A stretch of DNA of 62,105 nucleotides, taken from contig CAZFNL010000120.1 of NCBI GenBank assembly GCA_964520615.1, positions 1 through 62,105 on the forward strand, read 5' to 3'. Of this stretch, positions 58,399 through 62,105 are shown one piece after another. Below the pieces are notes generated by a model, which worked only from the letters and a program-made list of their open reading frames with translations, was not told the origin of the DNA and did not search any database. A program made the position numbers and the translations under genes. This DNA is from an uncultured Gammaproteobacteria bacterium. GTDB taxonomy: Bacteria; Patescibacteriota; Microgenomatia; 2-02-FULL-39-11. Positions within the stretch are counted from its first letter, which is position 1, and every line of letters starts with the position of its first letter.

Positions 58399-60105
58399 CT
58401 ATTCTAATATTATCTCGTCCACGGCCGCACCAGCCGGCATCATTGGGAATACATTGGCCTCTGTCTCCACAACAAATTCAATAACAAACGGTCCTTTATG
58501 CGCACGTGCTTTTTTTATTGCAGGTAATATATCCTTTCTGTTTTCTACTTTCACAGCCGGTATCCGGAACCCCTCGCAGAGTTTGATAAAATCGGGATTC
58601 CTCAAAAATACCTCCGAATATTTATGATTGAAAAAAAGATGCTGCCATTGCCGTACCATACCCAAAAAATTATTATTCAGAATTGCTACTTTAATATCTA
58701 TATTTTCCTCTTCAATGGTTGCTAGCTGATTCATGGTCATCTGGAAACTTCCATCCCCAACAATTGCCCAGACTTCGGCCCCAGATCTGCCCAATTTTGC
58801 GCCCATAGCAGCCGGAATGGAAAAACCCATAGTACCTAAACCTCCGGAAGTAAGAAATCTGTCAAGTTTATGAAAATGGTAATATCTGGCGGCTATCATC
58901 TGATGTTGACCCACATCGGCTACAACAACTGCCTCACCCCTCGTCTCCTGATTCAGCTCATTAACCACCTCACCCATTTTGATTTTTCCTTTTTTGGGAT
59001 GGACTTCAACTTGAATAACCTTTTTATCTTCAATCCGGTCATATTTTTTAAATTCCGCAAACCATTCTTTATGCTTTACACGATTGACTAGAGGAATAAG
59101 TTTACCAAGAACATTTTTCACGTCGCCGACAATAGGCACATCTGCTTTTACATTTTTCCCCAGCTCGGCAGGATCAATATCCACATGAACTACTTTCGCG
59201 CCTTTGGCATAAGAAGATAAATTTCCAGTCACTCTGTCATCAAAACGCATACCCAAAGCAATCAGGCAATCAGTTTTATTAGTACACATATTCGGACTAA
59301 GATTCCCGTGCATCCCCAACATTCCTACATAACTTGGATGGTCAACAGTGATACTACTGATTCCATGAAGGGTGGTAGCTACAGGAATATCAGCCTTTCG
59401 TGCAAGCTCATCCAGCTCTTTTTCAGCATGGGAAATGAGGATTCCGTGACCAGCCAAAATATAAGGCTTTTTGCTTTCATTTATAATTTCTGCCGCTTTT
59501 TTAATTTGTATAATATTTCCCTCAACAGTCGGCTTGTATCCGGGAAGATCTAGACTTTTGGGGTAAACAAATTTGCACTCTCTATATTGCGCATCTTTGG
59601 CAATATCAATCATGACTGGACCGGGTCTCCCTGAATTGGCAATATAAAAAGCTTCTCTTATTACATCCGCCACTTCCTCCGGTTTTAGGATAAGATAATT
59701 ATGTTTGGTAATCATTCCCGTCACTCCTACCACATCAGTCTCCTGAAAAGCATCGTTGCCAATGAGATTTGAAACCACCTGGCCGCTAATGCAAACAATC
59801 GGGACTGAATCCATCATGGCATCGGCAATTCCGGTTATCAGATTTGTGGCACCAGGTCCTGAGGTAACGAGGCAAACTCCCGGTTTACCGGTAACTCTAG
59901 CATAGCCTTCAGCAGCGTGAGCCGCACCCTGTTCGTGACGTACCATCACATGATGAAGCTCCGGATATTCCAAAAGCGCATCATAGGTTGGCATGATAGC
60001 ACCCCCTATATAACCAAAAATTGTATCGACTCCCTCACGAAGCAACATTTCACAAAGAATTTCTCCACCGGTTGCGTTCTGTCCTTCTTTTAATCTAGTT
60101 TTCAT
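58399..60105 (-). CDS. ilvB: Acetolactate synthase large subunit
   Basis: RHEQGA, TSGPGATN, FQETD, GDGSFQM..NN, PM. Confidence 0.96.
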   Translation of the reverse strand: MKTRLKEGQNATGGEILCEMLLREGVDTIFGYIGGAIMPTYDALLEYPELHHVMVRHEQGAAHAAEGYARVTGKPGVCLVTSGPGATNLITGIADAMMDSVPIVCISGQVVSNLIGNDAFQETDVVGVTGMITKHNYLILKPEEVADVIREAFYIANSGRPGPVMIDIAKDAQYRECKFVYPKSLDLPGYKPTVEGNIIQIKKAAEIINESKKPYILAGHGILISHAEKELDELARKADIPVATTLHGISSITVDHPSYVGMLGMHGNLSPNMCTNKTDCLIALGMRFDDRVTGNLSSYAKGAKVVHVDIDPAELGKNVKADVPIVGDVKNVLGKLIPLVNRVKHKEWFAEFKKYDRIEDKKVIQVEVHPKKGKIKMGEVVNELNQETRGEAVVVADVGQHQMIAARYYHFHKLDRFLTSGGLGTMGFSIPAAMGAKLGRSGAEVWAIVGDGSFQMTMNQLATIEEENIDIKVAILNNNFLGMVRQWQHLFFNHKYSEVFLRNPDFIKLCEGFRIPAVKVENRKDILPAIKKARAHKGPFVIEFVVETEANVFPMMPAGAAVDEIILE

Positions 60106-60109
60106 ATTA

Positions 60110-60137
60110 AAAGCGTTTAGCGGTAAGCGTGAAACGT
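60110..60137. repeat. Degenerate heptamer array, inverted relative to 58297-58317
   Basis: AAAGCGT TTAGCGG TAAGCGT GAAACGT. Confidence 0.65.
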
Positions 60138-60174
60138 GAAGTTTCTTTTTACGCTTTTGGCCTGGCGCCTTATG

Positions 60175-61893
60175 CTAACTTGTAACTGCGCCGTATGAAG
60201 CGCTTGATACCAGTTTTGCGTATTTTGCCAGAACTCCCCGTTTATATTTATCTGCCGGAGCTTTCCAATTCTTCCTTCTTTTCTCAATCTCATCTTTACT
60301 TATATCCAAATCTACGATCCTTTTTTTCAGGTTGATAGTTATCATATCTCCTTCTTTCACTAAAGCAATTGTCCCTCCGACTTTTGCCTCGGGTGATACA
60401 TGTCCTATCATAATTCCGTGAGTACCGCCTGAGAAACGTCCGTCTGTAATAAGGGCAACATCTTTCCCCAATCCCCGACCCATTAGAGCTGAAGAAGGAG
60501 AAAGCATCTCCCGCATGCCTGGTCCGCCTTTTGGACCCTCATATCTTATCACTATTACGTCTCCTTTTTTTATCTTCCCGGCGAGAATTGCATCAAGAGC
60601 ATCCTCTTCCCTCTCAAAAACTCTGGCAGGACCCCGATGCATCTCCATCTCCTTGCCGGAAAGTTTCATCACTGCACCCTCTTTTGCCATATTGCCATAC
60701 ATGACAACAATATGATGGTCAGACGGCGCCAAAGGTTTATCAAAACTATATACAATCTTCTGGTTTGAGGGTCGCCTCCGGGCTGACCTGATATTTTCCT
60801 CTACCGTTTTTCCTGTTACTGTCATACATTCACCATGAATAAGCCCTGCTTCATAAAGCATTTTCAAAACCATTTGTACTCCGCCTATGGTATGCAAATT
60901 CTCCATAACATAATCACCAAAAGGTTTGAAATTACCCAAAAGTGGTACTTTCTTTCCGATTCTATCAAAATCAGAAAGAGTCAAATCAATATCAGCCTCA
61001 TGGGCCAAAGCTAAAAGATGAATATAAGCATTGGTAGATCCTCCAAGAGCCAACACAACCATAATCGCATTTTCAAAAGCCTTTTTTGTCATGATATCCC
61101 TTGTTCTTATGCCTTTTTTCATCAGGTTAAAAAGAGCTTTGACTGAATTTTTGCAGTCTGCTTTTTTCTCCGCTGATACCCGGTTTTTGCGGTCTACGGC
61201 CAAATTGGTAGCAGAACCTGGCAAACTCATTCCCAGTGCCTCAATGGCACTTGACATGGTATTGGCGGTAAACATCCCCCCGCAGGCACCGGCTCCCGGA
61301 CATGAATGGCACTCAATCTGCCGGAATTCGGCATCGTTCATCTTACCCGCAGCGTGAGCTCCGATTGCTTCAAAAGTGCTGACTATTGTCAGGTCTTTTC
61401 CTTTATACCTTCCCGGCAAAATACTTCCTCCATAGAGAGTCAACCCTATGCTGTTGTTTCTGGCCAGCGGCATAAGCGCTCCCGGTATAGTCTTGTCGCA
61501 GCCTGAAAGGGTAATAATACCGTCAGCCATATATGATTCATGCATTGTCTCGATGCTGTCGGCGATAAGCTCGCGGGAAACAAGGGAATACTTCATGCCT
61601 TCCATGCCCATTGATTCTCCATCACTTACTACAGGAGTTCCGAATATGAACGCTTTCCCTCCGGCTTTTTCTATCTCATCTTTTATAATCTCTCCCAACT
61701 CCTGGACTTGAGCATTGCAGGGAGTAGCATTGGTGTATGGACAAGCTACAGTCACGATGGGTTTTTCAAAATCTCGGTCATTGAAATTGACTGCCCGCAG
61801 CATGGCACGTGCCGCGGCTCTTTTTGCCCAATCCTTGCCGCCGGGGGTTCCGGTAAGAAACCTGCTTCGATTTTTTAATAAATTTTTACTCAT
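60175..61893 (-). CDS. ilvD: Dihydroxy-acid dehydratase
   Basis: [41 protein letters not shown]. Confidence 0.96.
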   Translation of the reverse strand: MSKNLLKNRSRFLTGTPGGKDWAKRAAARAMLRAVNFNDRDFEKPIVTVACPYTNATPCNAQVQELGEIIKDEIEKAGGKAFIFGTPVVSDGESMGMEGMKYSLVSRELIADSIETMHESYMADGIITLSGCDKTIPGALMPLARNNSIGLTLYGGSILPGRYKGKDLTIVSTFEAIGAHAAGKMNDAEFRQIECHSCPGAGACGGMFTANTMSSAIEALGMSLPGSATNLAVDRKNRVSAEKKADCKNSVKALFNLMKKGIRTRDIMTKKAFENAIMVVLALGGSTNAYIHLLALAHEADIDLTLSDFDRIGKKVPLLGNFKPFGDYVMENLHTIGGVQMVLKMLYEAGLIHGECMTVTGKTVEENIRSARRRPSNQKIVYSFDKPLAPSDHHIVVMYGNMAKEGAVMKLSGKEMEMHRGPARVFEREEDALDAILAGKIKKGDVIVIRYEGPKGGPGMREMLSPSSALMGRGLGKDVALITDGRFSGGTHGIMIGHVSPEAKVGGTIALVKEGDMITINLKKRIVDLDISKDEIEKRRKNWKAPADKYKRGVLAKYAKLVSSASYGAVTS

Positions 61894-61898
61894 AAACG

Positions 61899-61926
61899 AA
61901 AAAGCCTCTCTTTCTTGAGAGGCTTT
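61899..61926 (-). terminator. ilv attenuator terminator
   Basis: AAAGCCTCTC-6-GAGAGGCTTT; U-tract on minus strand. Confidence 0.85.
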
Positions 61927-61952
61927 CTTAATTCTTAATTCTTAATTCTTAA
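61925..61952. repeat. (TTCTTAA)4 perfect tandem repeat inside the ilv leader
   Basis: Seen directly. Confidence 0.9.
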
Positions 61953-62044
61953 CTCTTTGATCCGGCCTCCCAAGAAAATCCCTGTCCGATGACAAGGACA
62001 ATAATTGAGAGGGCAATAAGTGATAAAGTCGGGAAACTTAACAC
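61949..62044 (-). CDS. ilvL: ilv attenuator leader peptide (GTG) MLSFPTLSLIALSIIVLVIGQGFSWEAGSKS
   Basis: Run LIALSIIVLVI of Leu/Ile/Val codons between promoter and terminator. Confidence 0.75.
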   Translation of the reverse strand: MLSFPTLSLIALSIIVLVIGQGFSWEAGSKS

Positions 62045-62052
62045 GATAACCT

Positions 62053-62081
62053 AATATATACCAACATATATAGCTTGTCAA
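62053..62081 (-). promoter_or_regulatory. Sigma70 promoter of ilv operon
   Basis: TTGACA-17-TATATT on minus strand. Confidence 0.75.
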
Positions 62082-62105
62082 GAACGCCTTTACACTATGT
62101 TGTAC

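Noticed and set aside
5468-58434. Shadow gene ends as DGR template/variable repeats
   Set aside because: Differences are not restricted to adenines, are mostly synonymous, and no reverse transcriptase is in the window.
61925-61952. Heptamer arrays as a CRISPR array
   Set aside because: 7-nt units with no spacers and no cas genes.
1-62105. tRNA, rRNA, tmRNA, RNase P or SRP genes
   Set aside because: No conserved signatures seen in intergenic regions by eye; tRNAscan/Infernal would be needed to exclude them fully.

Overview
AT-rich, gene-dense bacterial chromosomal segment using standard code 11 (TGA is used as a stop). The gene content (DUF3048/DUF4446/DUF5666/DUF5679-like genes, short AspRS, wHTH-nucleotidyltransferase, PRK next to a Form III-related RuBisCO) suggests Patescibacteria/CPR, Microgenomates, probably Gottesmanbacteria-like; this is an inference, not a search result. 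Main content: (i) HxlR/FMN-reductase/glycosyltransferase block and a lone sigma-HTH/TnsA-like nuclease; (ii) convergent prk and rbcL; (iii) transport and envelope genes including an OmpR-type two-component system and a MacAB-like operon; (iv) housekeeping genes (era, rdgB, gltX, recJ, cca, secDF); (v) a T-box-preceded ppcA-aminotransferase-aspS operon; (vi) a near-complete branched-chain amino acid cluster with two leader-peptide attenuators, a LeuD-LeuC fusion and a ThrC-LeuA-regulatory-domain fusion. The main unexplained signal is that four unrelated genes (prk, ABC permease, rdgB, ilvB) are each followed by a short, synonymously recoded second copy of their own C-terminal codons. The offsets are 76, 75 and 76 nt, plus 164 nt for prk (76 plus an 88-nt insert). 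No tRNA, rRNA or CRISPR array was seen. All alignments and counts were done by eye.
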